Part shown: piece by piece, positions 31,854 through 32,000 of the stretch | Layout: each line of letters opens with the position of its first letter | Position numbering within the stretch: the stretch's first letter is position 1 | From: Gemmatimonadaceae bacterium | Lineage (GTDB): Bacteria; Gemmatimonadota; Gemmatimonadetes; Gemmatimonadales; Gemmatimonadaceae | Assembly (NCBI GenBank): GCA_040882285.1 | Contig: JBBEBQ010000010.1 | Coordinates: 238,147 to 270,146 of the forward strand | Length of the DNA: 32,000 nt | Reading direction: 5' to 3' | Notes under the pieces: generated by a model | Seen by the model: the letters and a program-made list of their open reading frames with translations, nothing else | The model's database searches: none | What the model was told of the DNA's origin: nothing | Made by a program: the position numbers and the translations under genes

Positions 31854-32000
31854 CCCAGCATGAACATCGACCAGGAGGGGGAAGTCCTCTGGGGAGTTGG
31901 TCGCAACGACCTGAGCGAACCGCAAGGCGGTAATCGTGAGAGAGCCGCTGAAAGAAGCGGGTAGCGAGACCTGTGGGGCGACGAACGGGAATCGGATGTT

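Noticed and set aside
31366-31933. ORFs 31366-31863 (+), 31560-31925 (-) and 31700-31933 (+) as protein genes
   Set aside because: They overlap the better-supported 31301-31648 membrane-protein frame or each other, and their translations are Arg/Pro/Ser/Gly-rich with no structure. Only the last 30 codons of 31366-31863, which have a strong SD, were kept, and only as a speculative mini-ORF finding.
1-32000. Search for rRNA, tRNA, CRISPR arrays, integrase or recombinase genes and recognisable defence-system genes
   Set aside because: No tRNA-like cloverleaf signatures (for example GTTCGAATC-type T-arms) were seen. There were no regularly spaced 25-40 nt repeats and no recognisable nuclease, helicase or methylase motifs. 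The only mobile-element trace is the IS110 remnant.

Overview
High-GC (roughly 70%+) bacterial chromosomal segment, densely packed and mostly housekeeping. All calls come from reading motifs in the ORF track by eye, with no database search. Gene order: a lipoprotein, then on the minus strand a Nif3-like gene, parB and parA. A perfect 42-bp palindrome of two inverted parS sites lies upstream of parA. Next come a SIMPL/DUF541 protein, an EamA transporter and mnmG (gidA), an origin-proximal type of gene set. A secreted hydrolase-like protein follows. Then comes a tightly coupled 4-gene minus-strand operon (YheT-like hydrolase, dienelactone hydrolase, NfeD-like protein, Zn-ribbon membrane protein). 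After it are a serA / serB-like / class-V aminotransferase cluster, a CreD-like protein, and a 5-gene translationally coupled plus-strand operon (IYD-like nitroreductase, DoxX-like, DUF885, PGRP-type amidase, Cys-less ArsC/Spx-like). Then come murB, an M16 active/inactive peptidase pair, an M49-like (DPP III-like) lipoprotein, a VOC/glyoxalase protein, a plastocyanin-like blue copper lipoprotein, and a Wzc-like polysaccharide co-polymerase whose kinase domain looks catalytically dead. The last ~2.3 kb (from ~29.7 kb) is visibly less GC-rich. It starts with a frameshifted, truncated IS110-family transposase remnant and carries three unrecognisable genes. The first is a lipoprotein ORF joined to a second ORF across an in-frame U UUU UUA slippery heptamer. 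That second ORF ends in a Gly/Cys-rich hydrophobic tail. The third is a coupled 3-TM protein. This island is the best candidate for something undescribed (possibly a membrane-active toxin/immunity pair), but that reading is inference only and the island is cut by the window edge. A second unusual signal is a tandem heptamer (GTCACTA)n with a 22-nt identical core. It sits exactly at two different convergent gene junctions and supplies stop codons to the genes on both strands. No rRNA, tRNA or CRISPR array was seen. The many long alternative-frame or antisense ORFs are high-GC artefacts.
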